24,000 bases of DNA, taken from contig JAGVNX010000025.1 in the NCBI GenBank assembly GCA_020053055.1, forward strand, positions 20,996 to 44,995, written 5' to 3'. Shown here one piece after another: positions 1 to 8,900 of this stretch. Positions within the stretch are counted from its first letter, which is position 1. The number at the start of each line of letters is the position of its first letter. The stretch comes from Candidatus Iainarchaeum sp. (GTDB taxonomy: Archaea > Iainarchaeota > Iainarchaeia > Iainarchaeales > GCA-2688035). The translations under genes and the position numbers were made by a program. The notes beneath the pieces are model-generated. The model was not told where the DNA came from and ran no database searches. It was given only the letters and a program-made list of their open reading frames with translations.

Positions 1-2
1 GC

Positions 3-356
3 CTCGGGGAAGGCAGGTATTACATTTCGCAAAAGCCTTATCTGGAACAATTCAAAAAATTGCTTGGCTTTAAGCCTTTTCTTGGCACCCTGAACCTTGT
101 TGTTGAAACAGAAAAACTTGAAAAATTCCTTTTGAATTCAAAACCAATTTTCATTCAGGGCTTTTCAACAAAAGAAAGAAGCTTTGGAAGCCTGAAAGCA
201 TTCAAAATAAAAATTTTTGGCGTTCAAGGCGCAATAATTATTCCTGAAAGGGCAAAACACCAAAAAAATACTGTTGAAATAATTTCACCTGTTTTTTTAA
301 GAAAAAAATTCGGCTTCAAAGAAAAAAGCAAGGCAAAAATAATGCTTGAAAAATAA
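3..356 (+). CDS. ribK: CTP-dependent riboflavin kinase (archaeal RibK type), 5' partial at window edge
   Basis: The frame is open from base 3. The translation LGEGRYYISQKPYLEQFKKLLGFKPFLGTLNLVVE... carries the G-E-G-x-Y-Y...LGF-x-P-x-x-GTLN signature of MJ0056-type riboflavin kinases. The TTG at 60 in the ORF track is internal to this frame. Stop is at 354-356. Confidence 0.8.
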   Translation, partial: LGEGRYYISQKPYLEQFKKLLGFKPFLGTLNLVVETEKLEKFLLNSKPIFIQGFSTKERSFGSLKAFKIKIFGVQGAIIIPERAKHQKNTVEIISPVFLRKKFGFKEKSKAKIMLEK

Positions 357-365
357 AAACGGCAT

Positions 366-1169
366 TTATCTTTTTCTTCCAGTTGCACGCCCGTAATCTG
401 CCATCAGTCCCGCAGTTCCGGAAACCTGTGCGTCAAACCATTTTTCAGCATCAGACACAGCTCTTTCAAAAACAGCATTGTCTCCGGTTCTTTGAAATTC
501 TTCAAACGCCCCGTTCACTGTTTGAGAATAAGCGTTCAATGTTGCCTGTGCTCTTTCCCCAACACGCGCATCTTCAAAAGCCCTTGCCCTGCCGGCAGCA
601 TTTGCTTGATAATCCGCAACCTGTCTTCTTCTTGATTTTCTTCCAATCCCAAATGTTGCAATGCGAATGGGAAACAGCCTGTTAAGAGTATGAAGTGGGT
701 GATAATACCATGCATTAGAAACGTTAAAAGGATTCCAGGAGCCAAAAGCGCTTCTCACAGGATGGGTTTTATCACGAAATGCCTGTGTTCTTGCCTGCAC
801 TGCCTGCGCCCGATTAAAAGGCACATTTTGCTGAATTTCTTCAGGAGTTCTCACAGGCATTTTTATTAAACCCTCAATCTGCCTTCTCCTTTTTTCCATT
901 AATGCTTCAATTTCCCTGTGCCTTGCTTCAAAATCAATCTGCGGCTGCGGCCTTGCTGCTTTTCTTTCCCTGCGCCTGCCAGTGCCAGTGTGAACATGAA
1001 TATGTGTATTGTCTCCACGCATATTTATTTTTCTGCGGCGCACTTCCTTGCCTTCAACAAATATTCGCCCAGCATGCCTTCTAACATGCGTAGTGTCACC
1101 ATGCACATTAACCAAGGCTCTGTCTCCGGGAATATTTGTTACGCGGTCAAATTGTCTTCTTCGTGGCAT
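366..1169 (-). CDS. Arg-rich hypothetical protein (267 aa), unknown family
   Basis: ATG start at 1169 with AGGA about 8 nt upstream. By hand count it has about 40 Arg and fewer than 10 Lys, the opposite of its neighbours. Local GC is visibly higher. The N-terminal motif IPGDRALVNVHGDTTHVRRHAGRIFVEGKE is shared with the adjacent 82-aa ORF. Confidence 0.6.
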   Translation of the reverse strand: MPRRRQFDRVTNIPGDRALVNVHGDTTHVRRHAGRIFVEGKEVRRRKINMRGDNTHIHVHTGTGRRRERKAARPQPQIDFEARHREIEALMEKRRRQIEGLIKMPVRTPEEIQQNVPFNRAQAVQARTQAFRDKTHPVRSAFGSWNPFNVSNAWYYHPLHTLNRLFPIRIATFGIGRKSRRRQVADYQANAAGRARAFEDARVGERAQATLNAYSQTVNGAFEEFQRTGDNAVFERAVSDAEKWFDAQVSGTAGLMADYGRATGRKR

Positions 1170-1248
1170 AATATATTCCTTTTTATAAATGAGTTATAAA
1201 AACAGCAGGATTAATTCAAATTTTTAACTGTTTTTTATTTTTAAATAT

Positions 1249-1497
1249 TTATTGCCTTCTTCTTAATGGCCTTCTGATAATTTCTGGGCCTCCGCCTTCT
1301 TTTTCAATTATTATCCTTCCCCTTGGCCTTACGATTCTGGTTGTGTCAGGATGTACAGTTACTACTGTTGAATCTCCAGGAATCCTTATTTTCGTTTCCA
1401 ATCCCTGTCTTGGTTCTTGTCTTCTGTCCCTGTGAATCGCCTGGTTCCAATGCTCCCCTGGCCTTATTGGCCTTTTTTGCCTTCTTGCTGGTGGCAT
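1249..1497 (-). CDS. Small Arg-rich hypothetical protein (82 aa), paralogous to the N-terminus of the 267-aa neighbour
   Basis: ATG at 1497 is preceded by AAAGGAGGAAAAAAA, a strong GGAGG Shine-Dalgarno about 8 nt upstream. The motif IPGDSTVVTVHPDTTRIVRPRGRIIIEKEG aligns with the 267-aa protein (IPGD..-V-x-VH-x-DTT...R..GRI..E). Confidence 0.6.
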   Translation of the reverse strand: MPPARRQKRPIRPGEHWNQAIHRDRRQEPRQGLETKIRIPGDSTVVTVHPDTTRIVRPRGRIIIEKEGGGPEIIRRPLRRRQ

Positions 1498-1532
1498 TTT
1501 TTTTCCTCCTTTTTTTAAATTAATAATTTTTT

Positions 1533-2336
1533 TTATGTGTACATTGGGGTTTGTATGTCTTCGAATTTTTTTACTTCTTCGCCTGTTTTTTTTAATTGTT
1601 CAAGGTGGCTAAGCAGGGCTTTTTCTGTTTCTTTTGCTTCTTTCAGCAGTGGTTTTGTGTCAATTTCCAGGCCGAGTATTTGGGCGAGTTTTTCAATGAG
1701 AAGCGAGCTTGCCTTGTAATCAGCTGCAATTTCAACGTTTCCAAGTAATGAAAAAGCATCAATGTTCTTGTCTTTCATTTCGAGGAGGATAAGGGCGTTT
1801 ATGCCGGAGGTTATCCCTTCTTTTATTATTTCAACGTTGTTTTCAATTAAAATTTTTTTTGAAGCCGCGTCTGAAGCAATTCCGTAAATAATTGGCTTTT
1901 CGCTGTTTTCCGGCATTGCTTTTATTCCCGAAAGCGAAATTAACCTTGCAATTTTTTTCTTTTCAATCCATTGCACGACTGCTTTTGCAAGCCTGTCAAC
2001 GAGCACCTGTGGAATAATTTGTTCGGAAAGCAGTATGACAATTTTGTGTTTTTCGCTTACATAAATTCTTGAAGGGTGAACAGGCATTCCTTCGTGAATC
2101 CGAATAATTGGCAAAAACATGTTTGATTCAATATAGCCGATTTCCTTTAACCCGAGTTTTTCAGCCAGGTATTTTGCGCTGATTGTTCCAACAAGCCCCA
2201 TTCCCGGAAAGCCTTCAATCAGGGAATAGCCCTGCAGGTTCATGGGCTTTGTTTCAACAAAATTGATGACACTATTGTCAATGTAAATTTTCAACAAACC
2301 ACCTAATAACAAATTGTTTAACTCCTTAATAAACAT
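1533..2336 (-). CDS. PAC2-family proteasome assembly chaperone (PbaA/PbaB-like)
   Basis: It has the LIEGFPGMGLVG motif typical of the PAC2 family (COG1938). The C-terminal ...TPMYT fits the HbYX proteasome alpha-ring docking motif. The start is uncertain: a TTG preceded by AGGTGG lies about 15 codons downstream. Confidence 0.75.
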   Translation of the reverse strand: MFIKELNNLLLGGLLKIYIDNSVINFVETKPMNLQGYSLIEGFPGMGLVGTISAKYLAEKLGLKEIGYIESNMFLPIIRIHEGMPVHPSRIYVSEKHKIVILLSEQIIPQVLVDRLAKAVVQWIEKKKIARLISLSGIKAMPENSEKPIIYGIASDAASKKILIENNVEIIKEGITSGINALILLEMKDKNIDAFSLLGNVEIAADYKASSLLIEKLAQILGLEIDTKPLLKEAKETEKALLSHLEQLKKTGEEVKKFEDIQTPMYT

Positions 2337-2351
2337 TTATCTTAATTTGCC

Positions 2352-3230
2352 CTAAAAAATTATTGTTTTTGCAATTAGGTTTATTGCAAAAGAAACAGGC
2401 AGGAGGAACAGAGCATACAGAAACGCTTTTTTAGGGTTTCCCTCCTGGTTTGCAATGAAAAAACTTGCAAGCAAGGCATATTCAGCAATATAAATCTGGC
2501 TTGCCAAAGCAGTTGCTTCAAGAAGAGAATTTCTCTCTGAATTTTCAGCTCCAATTTCAAGGCTCTGCAAGCCTGAAAAATCAATTCCCGAAACCATTCC
2601 AAAAAGCAATCCGAGTATTGCAGGCACAATAAGGCCGCCTGCAAAAAACAGAGTGTATTTTTCGATTATCAGGGCAGAGTTTCTTTCCCTCAGAATGGAA
2701 TTTGTCTCAAAAAAATCCTCTGCAGATGCCCTGAAAACATTGCTTAAATCAGCTCCGCTTTCATAGCCCCTGATCATCAAGTCAATTGCCCTGCTGATAA
2801 TCCTGCTTTTGCACCGCTTTTTAATATTGCCCAGTGCTTCTTCGACAGAGACTCCTTTTTCAATTTCAAGCAAAGCAATTTCAAATTCCTTTCCCAGCAG
2901 GCCAAAATCCGCTTTTGAAAAAAACACAAAAATTTTGTTGATTGAAACCCCTTTCGGAAAAGCGCTTGCCTGCAGCAACAGGTCAGGCACAAGGCTTTCT
3001 TTTGCAAGTTTTTGGCTTTCGGATTTATAAAGCTCAAAAAAATAAAAGCAGATAATGGCTGCAAAAAAAGAGCCCAAAGAAAAACAAGTTATGTATAAGA
3101 AAGTGGTGTTGGTTATTATTCCGATTATTATTGCCAAAAAGCAAAATGCAAACCCGAGAAAAAAAGATTTTTTCAAAAAATTTTCTTTTTTTTTGATTTC
3201 CAAAAAAATTTTTTCTTGTGCAAAACCCAT
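2352..3230 (-). CDS. T2SSF-domain membrane platform protein (TadC / half-FlaJ-like)
   Basis: N-terminal TM segments are followed by a soluble helical region (LVPDLLLQASAFPKG...IISRAIDLMIRGYESGADLS) and C-terminal TM helices. This is the architecture of type II secretion system F domain proteins. It sits immediately downstream of its sister gene and the ATPase. Confidence 0.7.
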   Translation of the reverse strand: MGFAQEKIFLEIKKKENFLKKSFFLGFAFCFLAIIIGIITNTTFLYITCFSLGSFFAAIICFYFFELYKSESQKLAKESLVPDLLLQASAFPKGVSINKIFVFFSKADFGLLGKEFEIALLEIEKGVSVEEALGNIKKRCKSRIISRAIDLMIRGYESGADLSNVFRASAEDFFETNSILRERNSALIIEKYTLFFAGGLIVPAILGLLFGMVSGIDFSGLQSLEIGAENSERNSLLEATALASQIYIAEYALLASFFIANQEGNPKKAFLYALFLLPVSFAINLIAKTIIF

Positions 3231-3239
3231 TTTAATCCC

Positions 3240-4022
3240 TCAAAGCTTCAGAAACACAGGCGTTTTTGCCCGAATATAAAACAATACAAGCAAATCAACT
3301 AGCGGAAAGCCCAGGACAATTGCCAAAAAGACTTGTGCCAGAGTAAAATCTATTTTCAAAATCATGCTTCCCACAATTATAAAACTCTGGAACAAAGCCG
3401 GAACAATTGCAGAAACAGCAATAAACAGCAGGGAAAAAACAACAAGTTTTCCAGAAAAAGCCTTGCTTTCAGACCTTTGCTTTGCCAGCAATTCCAAAGC
3501 AATTCTCCTTACTGCTTCTGAACTCTTTATCCTGCCAGCCAAATCCTTGCTGCTTCCATGCTCGTAAACACTGCCCAGCTGCAAAACAGCGCGCTTCACA
3601 GCAACACTTTTGTTTCTCACGGCAAACCCAAGCAAAGCCTCCTGAATGCTCAGGCCTTTTTCCTTAACATCAAAAAAAATTTTTTTGAATTCCCCCGCAG
3701 TGGCAAGCTCATTTCTTGACGCATTAAAAACGCATTTTTCAAATGCAATATTCAAATCCAGGTCCATTGAAATTGAAAGCAACGCAAAAGGCAAATCCCT
3801 TTCAACGAACGAAACCCGCTTTTTTTCAGCCATAACAGGAATCAAAAGCATTGCAAAAAAAACCGCGCAAAAACAAGACAGCCCAAGAGCCAGTGCCAAA
3901 AAAATTTCCTCAAAAACAAGGGCAAAAACAAAACAAGCCAACAGCCCTGCAATTGCAGGATACGCAAAATTTTTTTCAGAAAAAAAAGACTTTTTTTTAA
4001 ACAATTTTTTTAACCAGGCCAT
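3240..4022 (-). CDS. T2SSF-domain membrane platform protein (TadB / half-FlaJ-like)
   Basis: It has the same TM-helical-TM architecture (VERDLPFALLSISMDL...AVKRAVLQLGSVYEHGSS). I prefer the ATG at 4022, 1 nt after the ATPase stop (TGAAATG), over the TTG at 4040 listed in the track. Confidence 0.7.
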   Translation of the reverse strand: MAWLKKLFKKKSFFSEKNFAYPAIAGLLACFVFALVFEEIFLALALGLSCFCAVFFAMLLIPVMAEKKRVSFVERDLPFALLSISMDLDLNIAFEKCVFNASRNELATAGEFKKIFFDVKEKGLSIQEALLGFAVRNKSVAVKRAVLQLGSVYEHGSSKDLAGRIKSSEAVRRIALELLAKQRSESKAFSGKLVVFSLLFIAVSAIVPALFQSFIIVGSMILKIDFTLAQVFLAIVLGFPLVDLLVLFYIRAKTPVFLKL

Positions 4023-4023
4023 T

Positions 4024-5475
4024 TCAAAAAACCCCCGCAAGAGGCTTGTTTATAGCTTCAAAAAAATCTTTTCCCAAAACTTTTTTTTGCGCAATCCAAT
4101 CCAAAAATTTTTTTCTTTTTTCTATTTCCAACAAAAATTTTTTCCTGTCAAAGCCCAAAAAATCCCTTGCTTTTGAAAAAACTTTTTCGCTTTCCCCTGT
4201 TTTTTCAAGGCAATCCCGTTGAAAATCAAGCCCAAACAACTGCCTTGTTTCTGCACATTCCCCTGAAAAGCCTATTTCCAAAGCCTCTACAATCCTGCGT
4301 TTTTCAACAAAGCCATGCCCGGAATGCTGTGCCCATCTTCTCTGCACAAGCAGCAAATCAATTGCAGCAAGGTCCAATTCTTTTATGCCAAACGATTTCA
4401 GCCTTGCAATCGCCTCTTTGCCGCATTGGGCATGAAATGTCCCATAACTCCCCCTGCCCTGCCCAGCAAGAAGAGTATCCATAAAAGCAATTGCTTCACA
4501 ATTATTCCTTATTTCGCCGACAACAACCCTGTCTGGCCGCATTCTCAAAGTGTCAATTATCAGGGAATGCATGTCAAAGCCCTGTTCTTTTACAACAGTC
4601 ATTTTTACGCAATGCTCGTGCGGCAAAACAATTTCCGGTGTTTCCTCGACTAAAATTATTCTCTCTTGTTTTGGAACAAAGCCAAGCAGGCAATTGAGAG
4701 TTGATGTTTTTCCGCTTCCGGTATTTCCTGCAATCAAAAAACTGCATTCTAATTCAAGGGCAAGCCAGATAAAAGCGCAGAATTCGCTTGAAAAAGTATT
4801 GTTTTCAACCAAATCAATTGCAGTAAACGGTTCTGCGCGGAATTTTCTTATTGTAAGGCTTGCTTCCTCGGAAATCGGGGGAATTATTGCAGTCAGCCTG
4901 CTTCCATCTGGCAAATTTGCGTTCAGTTTTGGGCATTCAAGAGTCAGCCGCCGCCCGATTTTTCTCGCCATTTTGTTTGCCAAGTCCCTTACAAAAATTT
5001 CGCTTCCAAAAAAAACATTTGTCCTGACCCAGCCGAATTCCCTGTGAAAAATAAAAACAGGCTTTTTCCTGCCAATGCCAATAACAGAAATTTCTTCTAT
5101 TGCAGGGTCATTCAAAAAAAAGTCCAATGCAGAAAAACCAAAAATTCTCGACTCCAAAATTTTTTCAAAATACTTTCTTTGCTCGGAATCAAGCAGAATG
5201 CTTTTTTCAACACAATAATTCTCAATAAAATTTTCCAAATCTTCAGGCTTCTTTTTCAAATTTTGGCCCTGAAAATCCCTTGTCATTTTTTTCAGGACAA
5301 GCGCTTCCTGCAAAGTAAGCTCAGGCAATTTTGCAAAATAACACAATTCTCCCGAGTCAAGCTCAATTATGCTGTGATTTTCAGATTCCAGCAAAATTTT
5401 CTTTGCTTTTTTTTCACGCAAAGAAAAACAATTCCAGCCAACAATCCTTTCAACAGGCCTTTCAGGTTTATCCAA
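4024..5475 (-). CDS. Type IV filament / secretion ATPase (FlaI-ArlI / TadA-CpaF / VirB11 superfamily)
   Basis: Walker A is AGNTGSGKTSTLN, the Asp box/Walker B is ERIILVEETPEI, and the His-box region is RMRPDRVVVGEIR. The start is a TTG directly after an in-frame TAG. No in-frame ATG occurs for about 60 codons. Confidence 0.85.
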   Translation of the reverse strand: MDKPERPVERIVGWNCFSLREKKAKKILLESENHSIIELDSGELCYFAKLPELTLQEALVLKKMTRDFQGQNLKKKPEDLENFIENYCVEKSILLDSEQRKYFEKILESRIFGFSALDFFLNDPAIEEISVIGIGRKKPVFIFHREFGWVRTNVFFGSEIFVRDLANKMARKIGRRLTLECPKLNANLPDGSRLTAIIPPISEEASLTIRKFRAEPFTAIDLVENNTFSSEFCAFIWLALELECSFLIAGNTGSGKTSTLNCLLGFVPKQERIILVEETPEIVLPHEHCVKMTVVKEQGFDMHSLIIDTLRMRPDRVVVGEIRNNCEAIAFMDTLLAGQGRGSYGTFHAQCGKEAIARLKSFGIKELDLAAIDLLLVQRRWAQHSGHGFVEKRRIVEALEIGFSGECAETRQLFGLDFQRDCLEKTGESEKVFSKARDFLGFDRKKFLLEIEKRKKFLDWIAQKKVLGKDFFEAINKPLAGVF

Positions 5476-5652
5476 CTAAAACCACAATCAAAAAGTAAAA
5501 AAAGCGGTTTAAAAAACAATCAGCAAATTCGACAAATGACTAAACAGGCATTTAAAAATTTTTGGCACAAAAAACAGTTATGCAAACAGCCTTTTACTAG
5601 GCGTAATTTGAAGATTGAAGTCGGCATTGATTCTAATATAATCAATAGGAAA

Positions 5653-5907
5653 TTATTCTGTTTTCAGCAAGGTGCTTAAGAGTACTATTGTTCCTGCAAT
5701 GTATAATGCGCCGCCAAGCACTGAAAGGGGATTTAATACTTGCCCCCAGATTCCTTTGCAATACCAACTGCAATTCAGGTTTGCGTAAACAGAAATTACT
5801 AAGGCAAAGGTAATCAAAAGCCAGCCAAGCACCAGTCTAAACCCAGTGCTTTTGTAAATGAGTTTTTGTTTTGCTTTTTTCTGGATTTCTTGTTCTTTAA
5901 TTGGCAT
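5653..5907 (-). CDS. Small membrane protein (84 aa, two predicted TM segments)
   Basis: ATG start lies 23 nt downstream of the giant gene's stop. A Lys-rich N-terminus is followed by two hydrophobic stretches. There is no class III (prepilin) or Flp G/xxxxEY signal. Confidence 0.5.
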   Translation of the reverse strand: MPIKEQEIQKKAKQKLIYKSTGFRLVLGWLLITFALVISVYANLNCSWYCKGIWGQVLNPLSVLGGALYIAGTIVLLSTLLKTE

Positions 5908-5930
5908 TTTGAAATCATTACCGTTTTCTT

Positions 5931-8900
5931 TTATTTTTTATAGCCTAACTTGTTTTTTTTGCTTCTAGTAACAGCAATTCCAATTGTCACTATTGCAATC
6001 ACAATGAGGATTATGAGGCCAGCTGTTGCCAAGTTAATTCCGCCTGTTGCAGGCGGCTGGCTAACCTGTGGCGTTACTGCTGGCGCTGGGCAATCTGCCG
6101 GGCAATTTACAGTTGTTTCCCCATTCTCGCATGTGCCATTGCCGCATTTTGGCCCCGCTGGAGGAATCACTGGTATTTTTACTTCAGTATAACCTGTGAC
6201 AATCGGGCTTCTTATTGTGCCTGCAATTGCATCAGTAATATTTTTTGCAACTTCATATGTAACGCTTGCTATTTCCCCTGTGTTTACTGTTGGAACAGTA
6301 AATTCTATTATGGGGTCTGATTTCAATACTTTCATTGAATAACTGCTTGTTATTTCAGAAGCATTTGCCGCAATTGCTTTTGGTATTTCCACAACAAGTT
6401 TTATGTCTTTCCAGTTTTTTGTGGAATTATTTGTCAAAGCAATTGTGATTGTAGTATTGTATGAAACAACTCCGGCAACGCTTGTATTTTTTTCAACTTT
6501 GACACTCTGGCTTACTGGAACTGCCTGTGCAATTTCAAGCATTTTTGGAGTAATGCTTGCATATCCTGCTTCTGTCAATATTAAGGCTATTTCATCTGAT
6601 GTCAATGGTGGGCTTTCAATTGCCTGTTCAATAATTGTCTCTGTTGTTGGAGTTTCTGGTGTTCCAGTGCCGCCGCCAGGCCCTGTTGGGGTTATAGGCG
6701 GTGGTGTTACAGGCGGATTTACAGAGCCGCCGCTTGCTGAACTGAATGTTATTGTTTTTGATTGGGCTGAACTGTTTAAATCCATGAAGTCCATTGCCTT
6801 GAAGTAATAAGTTAGTGTTGCAGGCAATGAAGCGCTGCTTGTAATACAGACATTGTAAGTGTTGACCATGCCATTGTCTAAATAATTTGTTCCGTTGCTG
6901 CTGTACCAGAATTTCTTTATGTTTGATGTGTCATTTGCATCCATGGTTACTCCTACGCAGAGCCCAGTTGAACTGCTTGCCCCTAACACTGTTAAAATTG
7001 GGTTGTTTGTGTCATTTATTCCTGCCGGATTTCTTGTTGAATTCTGGTCGCTTGTTGCAGTTGACATTCTGCTGTTTACATCAAATGCCCAGCTTCCAGC
7101 GCCCCTGTTATTGTCTGTTCTTACTCCTAAGAGCATGTCAATAAAGTACCTGCCTTCAAACAGGTTTTTTGCATTCAAATAAAAGCGACAATTTGTATCC
7201 CTGTTTGTAGTGTGGTTTTCATCTATTGTTCCCGCAACAGGCGCATTGCTGTGATAAGTGCATTTTACTGTGGTTTGCTGTGAATTTCCAATTGACCTGT
7301 TAGTATCTGAAAGCATTAAATTCAGGTCTTTGAATAGCAAATTGTTTTTGTCGCCTCTTGTCTGTGAATAGTATATTGAAAGGTTTAAGTCTCCCAGTGA
7401 CAGGTTTGTGTCCTGTATTCTTACATTAAAGTCTATTGCAAGGTTTTGGTCTGCAGTCAGGCCTGCCCTGTTGAAGTCAAAGAAAGTTGCGCCATAGCTG
7501 TTCATGAAGTTTGTATCCCAAATGTAAATGCTTGGCTTGTTGATTATTGTGTTTGCATCGCTTGTTGCACAAATAGTGTTTCCAACAGCAGCGCTTCTAG
7601 GCGCAGACATGTTGATGTCAATATAAAACTGACCCATTATTGTTGTGCGCAAATCCGGGAATGCCTGTACATCACCGCTAACTTTTCTTCTTGTTGTCCC
7701 AACAATGTATGTTCCTGAACCCGTTGTTCCAGTGAAATGGCTGAATCCTGCTTCACCACTGTCTTTATATCTTGCCAGGTCAAGACTTATTGAACAGGTT
7801 TGTGTTGTTGAAATGTTTGCATCGTCATCATTTAATGCATAGCCGTTTGTTGCCGTTGCTGCGAAAGATACTGGTGTTGTTGTACAACTAATTCCATTGT
7901 AATCCAAAATATTGTAGTCTGTGTACAGCAGATAGTGCTGCCCGCATTGCTTTTTTGACAAGTATATACTTACTGCAAAGTTTGCATCGCCTGGTTTCCA
8001 TGCTGAACTGTTTTGGTCCTGGTAATTTGTGTCTTTGTATGTGAATGTTACTGTCAAATTTCCATCTCTTGTGTAATATGTTCTTCCAGCATTAGAATCC
8101 CCGGTAACTGTTACAAATAAGCTTCCTGCGCTATATTCTGAAAAACCGCTTACTCTGAATGAAAGGTTTCCATCCCCTGCAATTGGGTCATAAACCCAAC
8201 TTGGCGTGGTGTCTGTAGCAGTGTAAATATTAGTATAAGAAAATGTGCCTGCATCAAGATTTTTGCATACTGTTGCGGGGCATAGTTTGCCGTTTCTTGC
8301 TAATGCTGGAATTGCCCCTGTGGACTTTATGTTATACAAAGTAATATTTGCATCTATTGGATTGCCAAAAGGATCTGTGCCAAATTCCGGCATTGTATCA
8401 GAATCAATTTTTGCCCTTCCTGAACTTCCATCCATGCCATTGTCATAGTCTCTTCTTGGGCCTGTCGCCATGTTCATGTCAGAATTCATTTTTATTTGTG
8501 CAATTAATACTGTTCCATTGGAGGTTTTCAATTGCACTTGTAATCCTGAAACTTGGCCTTGGTTTCTTATCATTCCGCCTCTCATGGCCTGGTCTACTGG
8601 CACTCTTTGGAATGTCTGCCCTGTGCCTGCTGCTTTGCAAGTATTATATCCTCCATTTGCGTCTTGGCAAATTCCAATTGTTACATTTTCATCGACGCTC
8701 ATTGTAAAGCCAGGCGTGACAATTATTTTTGCAGTTGCATTCATGTCTTTTACATACTGTGGGCTTAATCCACTGTTTATGTCAACCCTTATGTTATTGT
8801 CTGGAATTCCGTTTGGACCAGCAAGACTAATTGTAAATGGCACTTTGAAGTTCACATCAAACTGGCCGTTTGCATCAGGCCTTAGCATATAACCATAAAA

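Noticed and set aside
5520-5627. 35-aa Cys-rich minus-strand ORF (MPTSIFKLRLVKGCLHNCFLCQKFLNACLVICRIC) in the gap upstream of the ATPase, considered as a possible pilin or peptide
   Set aside because: It has no class III signal, no Shine-Dalgarno sequence and no hydrophobic pilin core. The Cys codons are plausibly chance TGT/TGC in AT-rich DNA. It more likely overlaps the ATPase promoter.
3646-5679. Plus-strand ORFs 3646-4176, 4167-4484, 4550-5047 and 5044-5679
   Set aside because: They are antisense to the ATPase and T2SSF genes. Their translations are dominated by K/F/N/Q runs produced by poly-A and poly-T tracts. They have no start context.
5653-5907. 84-aa membrane protein considered as the missing pilin
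   Set aside because: Its N-terminus (…LIYKSTGFRLVLGW…) lacks the K/R-G/A-hydrophobic class III cleavage context and the Flp G/xxxxEY motif. It also has a second TM segment. I kept it as a generic membrane protein.
6403-8892. Plus-strand ORFs inside the giant gene (6403-6807, 8348-8707, 8470-8892 and others)
   Set aside because: They are antisense shadows of a continuous 3.8-kb ORF that has a signal peptide, a Shine-Dalgarno sequence and a TM anchor.
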